DNA from: Cyanobacteriota bacterium | GTDB lineage: Bacteria > Cyanobacteriota > Cyanobacteriia > Cyanobacteriales > Nostocaceae | Direction of reading: 5' to 3' | Assembly: GCA_046045965.1 (NCBI GenBank) | Contig: JBJOKS010000006.1 | Location: 1 to 64,000 of the forward strand | Length of the DNA: 64,000 nt | Shown: piece after piece, positions 21,653-32,180 of the stretch | Position numbering within the stretch: the first letter of the stretch is position 1 | Layout: every line of letters starts with the position of its first letter | The notes under the pieces: generated by a model | What the model saw: only the letters and a program-made list of their open reading frames with translations | Told to the model about the DNA's origin: nothing | Databases searched by the model: none | Translations under genes and position numbers: made by a program

Positions 21653-23236
21653 TTACTTTGTACTTAATAGGGATTGCCATGTAGCATAATTATCTTGCCA
21701 AATAGATTCTAACACGGTGTAAATGTCAGTAGCAACAGATTCATTTAAGGGAACAGATAACTGTATCCATATACAGCGGTCATCTCTGAGAACGTCCTGA
21801 CCTAAAAACCAAGGTAGCAACCGATTTAAGGTAACATCGTATTTATAACGATTTTGCATAAATTGAGATGAAGTCACAGTACCACCACCACGGGGATTGA
21901 TACAGGCTGTCAGATAAGCTTGTTTGGTGTCACTGTAAAGTGCATAGTAACCAACTCCTTTTAACTGTTTAATTTTGTTCTCGCTATCCTTAACTAAATC
22001 TTTAGCTATCTGGATTAAAAAGGGGTTTTGATCGCCTCTGGTATTAACTACATAACCCATCTGCACTGTTAGATTCTGTCCGTTTTTGAGATAGTTGTAA
22101 TCTTGTGCAAAGTCCACAATGATAGACTCATAAGTTATGAGCGGATTTTTATATGTTTGCCGACCCAGGGGCTTGAATTTAACTTGTTGCCAGTTATTGA
22201 CAGCGAGATGATCGGGAAAAATAGCAGTACCAATTGGTCGTTTGTTGGCGAATGAATAGATAGCAGTCAATATAATTCCTATCCAGGTTGCAGTAAGTAG
22301 AAAGCGCCTCTTTGGTTCTAATGTGACTGTTGTAGTAGGTTGAGGGGCTGCTGTCGGGGATAAAAATTCGACTGGCAATATCCAGTTACATAAGGCTGCA
22401 AAAGTAATAGTTGCGATCGCCATAAAAATAGTTCCCCCAGTATCTCCGTGCCAATAGTGAAACTGGTTGCGGTTGTTGACTATCACAGCTAATAAAGCGA
22501 CGCGAATACAGCCGACTAAAAATCCTGTAGCAAAGGCAGATAAAACTAATCCGCACCGCTGTTTCCAGGTCAGTGGAAAAACTACTACCATAATCAGCAT
22601 ACTCAACTGCATTAGCCACACAATCAAAACTCCGCCTGTGCAGAAATAGAGAACTTCTACTTGACCTGTAGGCAGTTTGACCAAATTCCCAAAGTGAGTA
22701 GCACCAAACCCTAAATAGTGGAGTAAAAAAGCAGATATTGTTGCAGTTACCTCATTAAAATGCAGCTGTGTAGTGAAAATTCCATTGATAAAGCTATAGG
22801 GAAAAATCATGAATAATAATAATAGGAATAAGCGCCAATAATGCCTTAATCCTGAAAAGCCAAAAGATAGTAATCCTAACCCAAAACCAGCGAGAACAGG
22901 ACCAAATCGAAATAGCATTAGGTCTAAATGCCAAAGATTTATAGGTCTAATTATGACTATAAATATCAAACATATTCCTAAAATACTAGAAAAAAAATTT
23001 GGACTATTTTCTGTCCTCTGGTTTTGCCAGAGTAAATATAAAATACCTCCCCAATATAGTGCATAAAATGCAATTTGTTCACCTTCTATTGGGTGATTTT
23101 TAATCATATCCAAATGCAAAATAGCCAAGGTGCTAAAAATCCCCAACAAATAAAATTGTTGAGTTGGCTGCCAGGAATTAAATCGGAGCAAAAAAGCTTT
23201 TTGGGCTTGCTTCAGTTTCTGATTACTGATTAACAT
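21653..23236 (-). CDS. crtA: Cyanoexosortase A (CrtA-like) fused to a C-terminal exosortase-associated (EpsI-like) domain
   Basis: Multi-TM N-terminal ~290 aa with putative Cys-Arg-His triad (VEVLYFCTG, CIRVALLA, FHYWHG); C-terminal soluble domain with YLTACINPRGGGTVT and DDRCIW; adjacent to HpsJ-like gene. Confidence 0.75.
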   Translation of the reverse strand: MLISNQKLKQAQKAFLLRFNSWQPTQQFYLLGIFSTLAILHLDMIKNHPIEGEQIAFYALYWGGILYLLWQNQRTENSPNFFSSILGICLIFIVIIRPINLWHLDLMLFRFGPVLAGFGLGLLSFGFSGLRHYWRLFLLLLFMIFPYSFINGIFTTQLHFNEVTATISAFLLHYLGFGATHFGNLVKLPTGQVEVLYFCTGGVLIVWLMQLSMLIMVVVFPLTWKQRCGLVLSAFATGFLVGCIRVALLAVIVNNRNQFHYWHGDTGGTIFMAIATITFAALCNWILPVEFLSPTAAPQPTTTVTLEPKRRFLLTATWIGIILTAIYSFANKRPIGTAIFPDHLAVNNWQQVKFKPLGRQTYKNPLITYESIIVDFAQDYNYLKNGQNLTVQMGYVVNTRGDQNPFLIQIAKDLVKDSENKIKQLKGVGYYALYSDTKQAYLTACINPRGGGTVTSSQFMQNRYKYDVTLNRLLPWFLGQDVLRDDRCIWIQLSVPLNESVATDIYTVLESIWQDNYATWQSLLSTK

Positions 23237-23251
23237 TCTTATCTCCGATTC

Positions 23252-23995
23252 TTATCCAATATTTTTATCTATCATGCGTATCCAACGAGTCATATTCCAT
23301 ATAGTAATCAAGCAAACACCTGATAGTATTGTTCCTAAATTTATTCTCACTGAATTTTTAACTAAATTTCTAGTCTGCTGTTTCTTGGCAGCATTCACAG
23401 TAGCTGAGGAAGTTTGAGCAGCTTTTTGAATTTGTTCAGATATTTTATTCTTCAATTCTTGGGTAGATTGACTAGAACCTTCTTCATTGGGGATATTTAA
23501 TATTCTAGCTAAGTTATTTAATTGTTGCGGGGAGTTGGTTGCATTCAATCTCTCAGTCACTTTTTGAAATTGCTCTTGTTGTTGCCCCTGTTGATTTATG
23601 AATTGATTATTTATATTTTTATAGAGTGTTAGACTATTATTAATCCCTAATGGTAGCATCAGCAGATAGAAAATTCCGATTAGTAAAGCAGTCCAGGATA
23701 GAAATTTTAAAATGCCGATTTGCCTTGGTTTAACTATACTGCCTTTGTTATATAAAAATATAAACGTTAATCCCAACAAAATAGACCATACATGATCTAC
23801 CATTTGTCCCATGACCTGAAATTCCCAAGCAGGATTTGTTAGCTGGGGAGGAATCAAAATACTAATGTAATCAATGAGAGAAAATATTAATAGAATATAA
23901 CCAAGAACCCGTATCAAAGGAAAAGAGAGATTCTGTATAACTTCTGTGATTTCTATGGGCTTTTGTGGCTGTTTTTCCTGGTTTTTTGTTTTCAT
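23252..23995 (-). CDS. HpsJ-like cyanoexosortase-associated membrane protein
   Basis: LIPPQLTNPAWEFQVMGQMVD motif, three TM segments, Gln-rich coiled coil, C-terminal TM. Confidence 0.78.
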   Translation of the reverse strand: MKTKNQEKQPQKPIEITEVIQNLSFPLIRVLGYILLIFSLIDYISILIPPQLTNPAWEFQVMGQMVDHVWSILLGLTFIFLYNKGSIVKPRQIGILKFLSWTALLIGIFYLLMLPLGINNSLTLYKNINNQFINQQGQQQEQFQKVTERLNATNSPQQLNNLARILNIPNEEGSSQSTQELKNKISEQIQKAAQTSSATVNAAKKQQTRNLVKNSVRINLGTILSGVCLITIWNMTRWIRMIDKNIG

Positions 23996-24506
23996 TTTTA
24001 CGTTTCTAGTAATATTTAGATAAGCTATTGCTGGATATTAATGGATTAGACTAGGTATAAAAGCGTTTCAACAAGTTGACACCTTAATATTAGCACTTTA
24101 TTAAATAAATTTACATCTATTCATTACATTGAGCTATGAGGATAAAATATTTTACTTTTTGGTATTTTTCAACCATAAATTTACTTAAAAATATATTTGA
24201 GTGGTCTAGGTGATGCACGATACTTAACTGTTGCTCAACCTTGAGAACTCTGATCGATCAATGATTCAACTGATCAATTTCCGACAAGTTACCTAAAATC
24301 CTCTTTCCATAGGCGCTTTTGCGTAGTTGTGCATAGGATTCATCTGAAAACAACAATTATTGACTAATGCTACTATATTCACTTGGTAAGTATTTCACCT
24401 TTATGATGTGCACGTCAATTATCTTCATCATAATTTTACCTGTATCTTTTTGACTCTAGACCAAAGCTGATTTTTCTCTTTACCGTATTTGATATGGTTG
24501 TGCCCA

Positions 24507-24535
24507 GACATATATGACATATATGACATATATGA
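24507..24535. repeat. 9-bp tandem repeat (GACATATAT)x3 in divergent promoter region
   Basis: Read directly; contains overlapping CATATATG palindromes. Confidence 0.85.
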
Positions 24536-24845
24536 TTGTAAAGTTTGGTGCAGTAATTTAGGCTAATGTATTGACAACTACATCAATTTTAGCCAAACTA
24601 AACAACGATGCTCAGGATGCTCAGGAATGTGTGTATTAAATATTTTTAACCGTTGTGAATCACATACCGTGTACATAAGAGATTTATAAGCTGTGCTAAT
24701 AATAGTAATCCCCATTACTAAAAATATAGTCTATTATGAAAATCCGTAAAATTATAGTGATCGCCTATCGAAAACAAACACAAAAATCAAGATTTGAGAA
24801 CCAAGAAAATCACATTCAAACTACATAAACTACATAGAGAAGAAT

Positions 24846-26927
24846 ATGGAAGAATATTTGCAGTATTTGTCAATACTTAAGCGGCGTTGGTTGCCCACTA
24901 CTATAGTTTTTTTAACTCTTTTGGCCTTGAGTATAGTTAAAACAGTCATAGAAACCCCCATTTATCAGGCAGGAGGCCAGTTGGTACTAAAAAAGAACTC
25001 TACCTCTTCCCTAACAGGAGTAGGCAGCCAACTAGGACAGTTAGAAAGTTCAGTCAGTGGTAGACCCTTGGGAACAGAGGTAGCTGTTTTACGTTCTCTG
25101 CCTTTAGCAGAAAAAACGATAAATACCCTTGGTTTCAATATCAATCCTCTAGTCTTTTTAAAAGACCTGCAAGTCAGAAACATTGAAAACACAGATATTT
25201 TAGAATTATATTATACAAGTCCAGATCCCAGAACAGCGGCTTCAGTTGTTAACACTTTGATGAAACTCTATATAGAGAATGATATAAATGCCAACCGCGC
25301 TCAAACCAGATCTGCTAGAGACTTTATTGCCCAACAGTTGCCGCTGAGAAAAGCCGCATTGCAAGCTGCTGAACGCAGATTACAATTGTTTAAACAGCAA
25401 AATAGAGTTTTAGACCTGAAAACAGAAGCTACGTCTAACCTAAGTATTATTACTACCTTGGATGGACAAGTAGCAGCAGCTAGATCCGATCTATCTGCCC
25501 AAACTGCCCGGATGCAATCAATCCAACAATTATTTGGTATAAGTTCCCAGGAGGCTGTACTGGCGGGTTTTGTGGGTGAATCTCCATCGACAACTTCGGT
25601 TCTTGTAAAGTTGCAAGATATCCAGCAAAGGATAGCTGTTACAGGTTTGCGTTTGACCGATACCCACCCGACGATGATTGACCTCAAACAAGAGGAGGTT
25701 ATCCTCAAAAAAGAACTCAAGAAACGGATAGAACAAAGCTTTATAGGTAAATCAGGACGTTTCAATGAGATCCAAGGGCCTGAAGAAATTGTACAACAAG
25801 GTGATTTACAACAAGGAATTTTGCAGCAATACGCTAATGCTGAAGCTGAACGACTTAGTTTGCAGGTAAGGCTGAAATCGTTGGCTCAAGTCATTGAATC
25901 TTACAGACAAAGGAGTAATAGCTTACCACAGCTAGAATTTCAACAACGTCAGTTGGAACGGGAAATAGCTGCAACTGAATCTAGTTACCAAAACCTTCTG
26001 GCTCGGTATCAAGAACTACAGGTAGCAGAAAACCTGCAAGTGAGCAATGCTAGGATTCTCACACCTGCCTTAATTCCAGGAGCGCCGATTAGAAGCCGTC
26101 AGTATATAAACTTACTACAAGGATTAATTGGTGGAATTGTTTTGGGGGTGGCCACTGCGCTTCTTTTAGAAAGATTGGACAATACTATCAAAACTCCACA
26201 ATCGGCCAAAGACTTATTGGGTTACACCTTATTGGGTTATATTCCTCCTTTTCCCAATGACAGTTTTACTCCAGAAGTTATTGTTAGAAATCAGCCTGAT
26301 TCACCAATTAGCGAAGCTTTTCGGATGCTGCAAACTAACCTGAGATTCTTCAACTCAGAACAATCCATTAAGGTGATTGTGGTAGCTAGTTCTGTACCAA
26401 AAGAAGGTAAATCAACAGTTGCGGCTAATTTATCCTTCTCTATATCTCAATTAGGACGCAATGTATTATTAGTAGATGCAGATTTGCGAAATCCCAGCCA
26501 ACATAAAATTTGGGAAATAGGCAATGAAGTAGGCTTGGGTAACATTCTCAAAAGTCAGGCAGATGTAGACCAGGCTTTGACTCAAATTACTCCTAACTTA
26601 GAAGTGATTACCGCTGGGGAATCAAACAATAACCCAGCTGCACTGCTCGATTCTAGTCAAATGGCTGTATTTGTTGCTCAGGTGGCACAAAGATATGATT
26701 TTGTCATCATAGATACTGCGCCGTTAACTTTGGCTGCTGATGCAACGATTTTGGGTAAATTGGTAAATGGAATTTTGTTTGTTGTTAAGCCAGGAGTAGT
26801 TACTTCTACTAGTATTTCTCTTTCTAAAGAAATGTTGGAGAAAGCTGATCAAAATGTTTTAGGTATGGTGATGAATGGCATCCATGTTAACCAACAATAT
26901 TATGCTTATGGAGAAAGTACGGTTTAG
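24846..26927 (+). CDS. wzc: Wzc/GumC polysaccharide co-polymerase and tyrosine autokinase
   Basis: Two TM segments flanking a coiled coil; SEAFRML, Walker A PKEGKS, LVDADLR, IIDTAP; C-terminal YYAY. Confidence 0.9.
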   Translation: MEEYLQYLSILKRRWLPTTIVFLTLLALSIVKTVIETPIYQAGGQLVLKKNSTSSLTGVGSQLGQLESSVSGRPLGTEVAVLRSLPLAEKTINTLGFNINPLVFLKDLQVRNIENTDILELYYTSPDPRTAASVVNTLMKLYIENDINANRAQTRSARDFIAQQLPLRKAALQAAERRLQLFKQQNRVLDLKTEATSNLSIITTLDGQVAAARSDLSAQTARMQSIQQLFGISSQEAVLAGFVGESPSTTSVLVKLQDIQQRIAVTGLRLTDTHPTMIDLKQEEVILKKELKKRIEQSFIGKSGRFNEIQGPEEIVQQGDLQQGILQQYANAEAERLSLQVRLKSLAQVIESYRQRSNSLPQLEFQQRQLEREIAATESSYQNLLARYQELQVAENLQVSNARILTPALIPGAPIRSRQYINLLQGLIGGIVLGVATALLLERLDNTIKTPQSAKDLLGYTLLGYIPPFPNDSFTPEVIVRNQPDSPISEAFRMLQTNLRFFNSEQSIKVIVVASSVPKEGKSTVAANLSFSISQLGRNVLLVDADLRNPSQHKIWEIGNEVGLGNILKSQADVDQALTQITPNLEVITAGESNNNPAALLDSSQMAVFVAQVAQRYDFVIIDTAPLTLAADATILGKLVNGILFVVKPGVVTSTSISLSKEMLEKADQNVLGMVMNGIHVNQQYYAYGESTV

Positions 26928-26943
26928 CGGTTTTCTCTATTGT

Positions 26944-28131
26944 CTAACTGTATTGTGTTTTTTGATAAATAGTCAACATTTGTTTACCTAAACGTTCGTG
27001 ACTAAAACGCTCTGTAACTGTATTCCTTGCTTGTTCTGAGATGATTTGACGTTTTTCTGGGTGATCTAGTAAATCTAAAATAGCTGCTGCTAAAGCTTTT
27101 GGTTCTCCAGGAGGAACTCCAACTGCATCATAATTATGGGTAAATAACTCTGCTGCACCACCAGCTTGGGATACTATCACTGGTTTACCACAAGCCATTG
27201 CTTCCACTATTGCCAAACCAAAGGGTTCTGGTTGGGTGCTGGCGTGAACTACAATATCCAAAGCACGGTAAATTGCTGCTATATCTTGCTGAAAACCGAG
27301 AAAATCAACTTTGTCTGCAATATTCAAATTGGCGGCTTTTTCTGTTAATTCCTGTTCGGAAAATTGGGAACCGCGAGTTTTATATATTGCTCCTCCCACA
27401 ATACAGAAACGTAGGTTTACATGAGGATGGGTTTTGATAATTTCTGATGCTGCTTCTAGGAAAATATCATGACCTTTCCAACGAGCAAAGGTAGCAACTA
27501 GTCCAACTCGTAGGGGAAGTTGGGGAGTCGTGGGAGTAGGGGAGAAGTAATTGATATCTACGGCGTTATAAATTACTTCTATTGGTAAATTTGGTAGTGT
27601 GGCTTTAGCATCTTTGGCTACAGCTTGGGAAATAGCAATTCCCAGTTGAGCGCGATCGCTCATCAATTTTAAAACCTGTGCCATTAATGGACGTGAGCCA
27701 TAGAAGTCATGAATGTGCCAAACTATAGGTATAGCATTGATTCTCGCTAATGTAGTGAGTAAATGAGTTTTAATACCGTTGGAGTGAATTAAGTCTGGGT
27801 TGAGTTCAAGGAGCGATCGCTGAAATTCTCCCAGATATTTACCCATATTGGGTAAAATCTTGACTAATCCTAATAGTAATGTCAATCCTGCTATAGCTTT
27901 ATTAGTACCTTTTAAGGCACTGTCACCAAGTTGGTTAAACTCTTCTGGCAGCTTCAGTAATTTTACTTGCACTCCTAATTTTTCCGCCTTTGCTATCAAA
28001 GGTCCCTCAGTACAAACAATGAGATGCAGTTGAATATCTGGCTTTGTATTCAGAAGCGCAGCCATAATAGTTAGTAAAACTCTTTCCGCACCACCAATAG
28101 CTCCTACCGGGTTCACAAATACAATTTTCAT
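26944..28131 (-). CDS. Glycosyltransferase family 4
   Basis: GGAE, WKGH, PEPFGLAIVEAMACGKP. Confidence 0.9.
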   Translation of the reverse strand: MKIVFVNPVGAIGGAERVLLTIMAALLNTKPDIQLHLIVCTEGPLIAKAEKLGVQVKLLKLPEEFNQLGDSALKGTNKAIAGLTLLLGLVKILPNMGKYLGEFQRSLLELNPDLIHSNGIKTHLLTTLARINAIPIVWHIHDFYGSRPLMAQVLKLMSDRAQLGIAISQAVAKDAKATLPNLPIEVIYNAVDINYFSPTPTTPQLPLRVGLVATFARWKGHDIFLEAASEIIKTHPHVNLRFCIVGGAIYKTRGSQFSEQELTEKAANLNIADKVDFLGFQQDIAAIYRALDIVVHASTQPEPFGLAIVEAMACGKPVIVSQAGGAAELFTHNYDAVGVPPGEPKALAAAILDLLDHPEKRQIISEQARNTVTERFSHERLGKQMLTIYQKTQYS

Positions 28132-29273
28132 ATATTTTCTGCACCCGCTAATTTTAAATAAGATTGGGCAATAATCTGAGCGTGATTAGACCAAGAATAT
28201 TTTTGAGCTTGACTCAGACGCATATTCAAACGAGGAGCAATAGTTGAGTTTAATAATAGCTTACTTACCGTTTCTACCCAAGCCGACACATCTGCTGTTG
28301 GGCAGTATATCACTCCTTGCCCACCCACTTCACGCAGTACAGGAATATCACTAGCAACTACTATTGCTCCACAAGCTAAGGCTTCAATTACAGGTAATCC
28401 AAAACCTTCTGCTTCACTTGTTAATAACACGGCTGATGCTCGTTGGTAAAGGGCTGCAATGGTAGCGCGTTCTAAACCCTGTAAGTGAATTATTGACTTA
28501 CTAATATTCAAGTCAGCAATTTGTTGTTGTTGGCTTTGTGTCCACTCTCCACTTACTTTAACCAGTTGTAACTCTGGATGAATACTTCGTACTTGTGCAA
28601 ATACATTTAATAAAATATCAATTCGCTTTCTGGGAATACAGCTACCAACGTGGAGGAGATAAGGAACATTACCTATTTGTTTTAATATTCCTTGGTCAAT
28701 ATTACTTTGATTCCCAGTATTAATACTAAATTCGGCGGCGATACCTAAAGGAGCTTGAACCAGACGTGATGGTTCTACCAGTTGGTAATGCTCAATTTGT
28801 TTTCTAACTTCTGCGGTAGAATAAAATACAACTGCACAGGATTGTAAACCGCGTAAAATTCTCTGAGACATGGCTTGATACCAAGCTGGTCTAGGTTCCT
28901 TTTCTGGTTCTAAAAGCGAGCGAAAAGCGTCAATATCATGACAGTATACTCCCGTCCGTTCTGGGGGTAAAACTAATGCTAAATGGGCATAGGAGTGGTC
29001 AGCAATGTGATAAAAATCGAATTCTGGCACTCTTTTTTTGAGATACTGGGGATAGTACCAAACTCGGTTAAGTAAACGGTCTGCATTATACGCAAAGTGC
29101 TTTTTACCAATTCGAGGAATGTATTGAAATCGCCTTTTGAATGTGGGAAGAACCTGTATAGCTTGAATAGATGCAGTGTGTTCAGATGGCAGGTTATTGA
29201 GTAGCATCTGAGCGCATAAATCCATGCTATGCCAGTTTTCTTCCAGGTAATCGGGGATAATAGCAAGACGCAT
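28128..29273 (-). CDS. Glycosyltransferase family 4
   Basis: PRKR, SEAEGFGLPVIEALACG, YSW. Confidence 0.9.
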   Translation of the reverse strand: MRLAIIPDYLEENWHSMDLCAQMLLNNLPSEHTASIQAIQVLPTFKRRFQYIPRIGKKHFAYNADRLLNRVWYYPQYLKKRVPEFDFYHIADHSYAHLALVLPPERTGVYCHDIDAFRSLLEPEKEPRPAWYQAMSQRILRGLQSCAVVFYSTAEVRKQIEHYQLVEPSRLVQAPLGIAAEFSINTGNQSNIDQGILKQIGNVPYLLHVGSCIPRKRIDILLNVFAQVRSIHPELQLVKVSGEWTQSQQQQIADLNISKSIIHLQGLERATIAALYQRASAVLLTSEAEGFGLPVIEALACGAIVVASDIPVLREVGGQGVIYCPTADVSAWVETVSKLLLNSTIAPRLNMRLSQAQKYSWSNHAQIIAQSYLKLAGAENI

Positions 29274-29390
29274 TTGAGTCCTATTGTTAAGGTATTGTTG
29301 ACAGCCAGTATGTCAGAGTAGAATACTGTTGTGTACAGATGAACTGATGAATAGAATAAATTAAAAAGTATAAATAATTGCGTAAATCCT

Positions 29391-30500
29391 ATGGTAATTA
29401 CAGTTATAGTGCCTCGTCTACCCCCTGCGGTTGATGGAGTGGGAGACTATGGGCTAAATTTAGCCAAACAAATGCGTCAAGATTTTGGTGTCATTACGGA
29501 GTTTATCATCGGTGATGCAAATTGGTCTAGAGAAGATTTTGTGGAAGGATTTGTAGTTAAGCAGGTAGCGAATAAATCTGAATCTGCTATGTTGAAATTA
29601 TTACCTCAAAATCAGGATTCAGAACAAACTGTGCTGCTGCATTATGTGGGCTATGGTTACGCTAGGAGAGGTTGTCCGGTTTGGTTGGTGAATGCTTTAG
29701 AAAAATGGCGAAAAGCTGGAAATAACCGCCGTTTAGTGACGATGTTCCACGAACTCTATGCTTTTGGTAAAATTTGGACAAGTCAGTTTTGGACATCACC
29801 ACTCCAAAGAAATTTAGCAGCGCGTTTGGTAAAATTGAGCGATCGCTGTATTACCAGTAAACAAGGATATGCTGAGATTATCAGTAAATTCAGTCAGGGT
29901 ACGCACTCTGATATTCCTACTTTACCCGTTTTTTCTAATGTGGGTGAACCGGAATATCTCACCCCTTTATCAGCACGTTCTCGAAGGTTGGTAATATTTG
30001 GTGGTGCTGGAACCCGTTCTCGTGTTTATCAAAAATCGCAATTAGCATTACAGCGGACTTGTCAAGAGTTGGAAATTGAGGAAATATTAGATATTGGACC
30101 TGCTCTAGATTTTGATATTACCCCAATTAATAATATTCCTGTTACTTGCTTAGGAATTAAGTCTGCTCCAGAAATCAGCAGTATATTATCAACTTCCTTG
30201 GTGGGTTTTTTTAATTACCCGCTGGAATACTTGACAAAATCAGGAATTTTTGCTGCTTACTGCGCTCATAAAGTTTTACCTGTGGGTACATGGTATGCAG
30301 GACAAGACTTAGATGGTTTGGTAGCAGGGAAACATTACTGGTTGGGAGATAGGTATGAACAGATGATGAATTTAGCCGATGGTCACATTGTGGCGGATAA
30401 TGCCTATAATTGGTATGAAAAGCATAATTTATCGGCACAAGCTCGGATTTTTACGAATTTTATAACAAACCGCAGAGGCGCAGAGAACGCAGAGGAATGA
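29391..30500 (+). CDS. Putative glycosyltransferase (GT-B)
   Basis: PPAVDGVGDY, LHYVGYGY, MFHELYA, PVFSNVGE, KSGIFAAY. Confidence 0.7.
   Translation: MVITVIVPRLPPAVDGVGDYGLNLAKQMRQDFGVITEFIIGDANWSREDFVEGFVVKQVANKSESAMLKLLPQNQDSEQTVLLHYVGYGYARRGCPVWLVNALEKWRKAGNNRRLVTMFHELYAFGKIWTSQFWTSPLQRNLAARLVKLSDRCITSKQGYAEIISKFSQGTHSDIPTLPVFSNVGEPEYLTPLSARSRRLVIFGGAGTRSRVYQKSQLALQRTCQELEIEEILDIGPALDFDITPINNIPVTCLGIKSAPEISSILSTSLVGFFNYPLEYLTKSGIFAAYCAHKVLPVGTWYAGQDLDGLVAGKHYWLGDRYEQMMNLADGHIVADNAYNWYEKHNLSAQARIFTNFITNRRGAENAEE
30468..30496 (+). repeat. Short dispersed repeat (AACCGCAGAGGCGCAGAGAACGCAGAGG type)
   Basis: Related reverse-oriented copies at 51960-51987 and 59072-59098. Confidence 0.7.
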
Positions 30501-30597
30501 AAAACACAGAGTTTTATAACCTACAAAAGCTACGGCTTTCGATAGAATGGTAAATAGACTTAAAATACATGATTATTTTTATTAAGCGTAATTCCCC

Positions 30598-31959
30598 ATG
30601 ACCATGAACCGCCGCTACCACATTACTACCTTCGGTTGCCAAATGAATAAAGCCGATTCAGAGCGTATGGCTGGCATCCTAGAAGACATGGGCTTTGAAT
30701 GGTCAGAAGATCCTAATGATGCAAACGTAATTCTATACAATACTTGTACAATTCGGGATAATGCCGAACAGAAAGTTTATTCTTACTTGGGTAGACAAGC
30801 AAAACGCAAGCATGAACAACCTGATTTAACTTTAGTCGTTGCTGGTTGTGTCGCTCAACAAGAAGGTGAAGCTTTGTTGCGTCGTGTGCCAGAATTAGAT
30901 TTAGTCATGGGTCCGCAACACGCTAACAGGCTTAAAGATTTGCTAGAGTCGGTTTTTGATGGTAATCAAGTTGTTGCAACGGAAGAAGTACATATTATCG
31001 AAGATATCACCCAACCTCGTCGAGATAGTAAAGTGACAGCTTGGGTAAATGTGATTTATGGCTGTAATGAACGTTGTACTTATTGTGTAGTTCCTAACGT
31101 GCGTGGTGTGGAACAGTCTCGCACACCAGAAGCTATTCGCGCCGAAATGGAACTATTAGGAAAACAAGGTTATAAAGAAGTAACACTGCTTGGTCAAAAT
31201 ATTGACGCTTATGGACGAGATTTACCAGGCTCTACTGCTGAAGGTCGTCACCTGCACACCTTGACAGATTTACTCTATTATGTTCATGATGTGCCTGGGA
31301 TTGAAAGGCTCAGATTTGCTACTAGCCATCCCCGTTATTTTACAGAACGATTAATTAAAGCTTGTGCAGAATTGCCCAAGGTGTGCGAACACTTCCATAT
31401 TCCCTTTCAGTCTGGGGATAATGAGCTTTTGAAGGCAATGTCACGGGGTTACACGCAGGAGAAATATCGCCGGATTATTGATACTATTCGTCGTTATATG
31501 CCGGATGCTTCAATTAGCGCAGATGCAATTGTGGGTTTTCCTGGGGAGACAGAGGAACAGTTTGAAAATACTCTGAAATTGGTGGATGATATTGGTTTTG
31601 ATTTGTTGAATACCGCTGCATATTCGCCCCGACCAGGAACACCTGCGGCTTTGTGGGATAATCAATTGAGCGAAGAAGTGAAGAGCGATCGCTTGCAAAG
31701 ATTAAACCATTTAGTTAACGTGAAAGCAGCAGAGCGATCGCAGCGGTACTTTGGCAGAATCGAAGAAGTTTTAGTAGAAGACCAAAACACCAAGGATAAA
31801 ACCCAGGTGATGGGACGCACAGGCGGAAATCGTCTCACCTTCTTTACAGGCGATATTAACGAACTGAGAGGGCAAATAGTCAAGGTGAAAATTACCGAAG
31901 TTCGTCCTTTTAGCTTGACTGGTGAACCAGTAGAAGTGCGGGAAGCGGTGACGGTTTGA
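30598..31959 (+). CDS. miaB: tRNA methylthiotransferase MiaB
   Basis: [17 protein letters not shown], radical-[22 protein letters not shown]-terminal TRAM domain. Confidence 0.96.
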   Translation: MTMNRRYHITTFGCQMNKADSERMAGILEDMGFEWSEDPNDANVILYNTCTIRDNAEQKVYSYLGRQAKRKHEQPDLTLVVAGCVAQQEGEALLRRVPELDLVMGPQHANRLKDLLESVFDGNQVVATEEVHIIEDITQPRRDSKVTAWVNVIYGCNERCTYCVVPNVRGVEQSRTPEAIRAEMELLGKQGYKEVTLLGQNIDAYGRDLPGSTAEGRHLHTLTDLLYYVHDVPGIERLRFATSHPRYFTERLIKACAELPKVCEHFHIPFQSGDNELLKAMSRGYTQEKYRRIIDTIRRYMPDASISADAIVGFPGETEEQFENTLKLVDDIGFDLLNTAAYSPRPGTPAALWDNQLSEEVKSDRLQRLNHLVNVKAAERSQRYFGRIEEVLVEDQNTKDKTQVMGRTGGNRLTFFTGDINELRGQIVKVKITEVRPFSLTGEPVEVREAVTV

Positions 31960-32068
31960 GGTGACAGGTGACAGGTGACAGGTGACAGGTAATAGGTAAT
32001 AGGTAATAGGTAATAGGTAATAGGTAATAGTTAATTAATTTAACCCAATCCCCAGTCCCCAGTCCCTA
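31960..32068. repeat. Compound STRR array: (GGTGACA)x4, (GGTAATA)x6, then CCCCAGT-type units
   Basis: Read directly between miaB and aspS. Confidence 0.9.
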
Positions 32069-32180
32069 ATTTCCTGATTTTTCTTCACCTAAAATGATTA
32101 CAATTAGTGTTGATGCTAGATAATGGGAAAGCCTTGACATTTATTCACCCCTCTAGCCCGAAAAAAAAGAACTAATCACT

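Noticed and set aside
25301..25765. 154-aa antisense ORF in wzc, and similar antisense ORFs in GTs, virB6, virB10 and rsmE
   Set aside because: Fully overlapped by well-supported genes on the other strand and without motifs; shadow ORFs.
31960..32068. Possible CRISPR array
   Set aside because: Contiguous 7-bp units with no spacers; no cas genes or spaced 25-40 bp repeats were seen anywhere in the window.
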